Shown: piece by piece, positions 63,781 through 64,000 of the stretch | Numbering within the stretch: the stretch's first letter is position 1 | How the letters are laid out: every line of letters starts with the position of its first letter | DNA from: an uncultured virus (IMG/VR IMGVR_UViG_3300045391_006705) | Taxonomy: Duplodnaviria; Heunggongvirae; Uroviricota; Caudoviricetes | DNA: 64,000 nucleotides | IMG/VR virus record: IMGVR_UViG_3300045391_006705 | Direction: 5' to 3' (one strand) | The notes under the pieces: generated by a model | Databases searched by the model: none | Seen by the model: only the letters and a program-made list of their open reading frames with translations | Told to the model about the DNA's origin: nothing | Made by a program: the position numbers and the translations under genes

Positions 63781-63815
63781 CAAGGCCCCGGCAATATGCC
63801 GGGGCCTTTGTTTTC
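63781..63815 (+). terminator. intrinsic terminator
   Basis: AAGGCCCCGGCA-ATA-TGCCGGGGCCTT-TGTTTT. Confidence 0.85.
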
Positions 63816-63999
63816 AATCCCCGTCCGATTCGCAGATCTCCCGAAACTCCCGGTGGAGTTGCCAAGCGGCATAGAGGCAGAGGGCGGCGAAACTTGCCCC
63901 GGGCCAGCCGAAATAGCGCAGGCAGGCAGAGGCCAACAGGCTGATGATGGCGAGGTTGATCCAGGTGACGACGTGGAACGTCCGCCGGTCCGCCGTTCG
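63814..63999 (-). CDS. 3' end of a small membrane protein (start outside window)
   Basis: Open frame VVTWINLAIISLLASA..FAALCLYAAWQ converging on the terminator. Confidence 0.5.
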   Translation of the reverse strand, partial: RTADRRTFHVVTWINLAIISLLASACLRYFGWPGASFAALCLYAAWQLHREFREICESDGD

Positions 64000-64000
64000 C

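Noticed and set aside
1..64000. tRNA/tmRNA genes, integrase or att sites, alternative genetic code
   Set aside because: No cloverleaf or recombinase motifs recognised; known genes read through intact with the standard code.

Overview
A 64-kb piece of a high-GC tailed dsDNA phage genome (siphovirus-like). No rRNA, tRNA, CRISPR array, integrase or reverse transcriptase was recognised. Layout: (1) 1-6.7 kb, a leftward arm of small hypothetical genes, most preceded or followed by repeated hairpin elements. (2) 5.6-7.6 kb, a mostly non-coding, repeat-rich divergence zone (possible origin or genome end). (3) 7.6-16.7 kb, about 20 tandem, diverged paralogs of a small helix + zinc-ribbon protein, with one more at 26.6 kb. 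They are interspersed with a TPM membrane protein, a Whirly-like protein, a replisome-organiser-like protein and a Phi-1/EXORDIUM-like protein. (4) 17-38 kb, nucleotide metabolism, lysis and replication genes (truncated QueC, MazG-like pair, macro domain, DnaC-like, CHAP lysin, primase-helicase, PolA, dNMP kinase, RuvC-like). (5) 38-39 kb, sigma-factor region 4 and region 2 in two separate ORFs. (6) 39-64 kb, terminase, portal, head and tail genes, interrupted by a subtilase, a C5 DNA methyltransferase and a glycosyltransferase cluster. Two fixed-spacing bipartite promoter-like motifs (7 and 4 copies) were found by eye. All functional calls come from motif recognition, not database searches.
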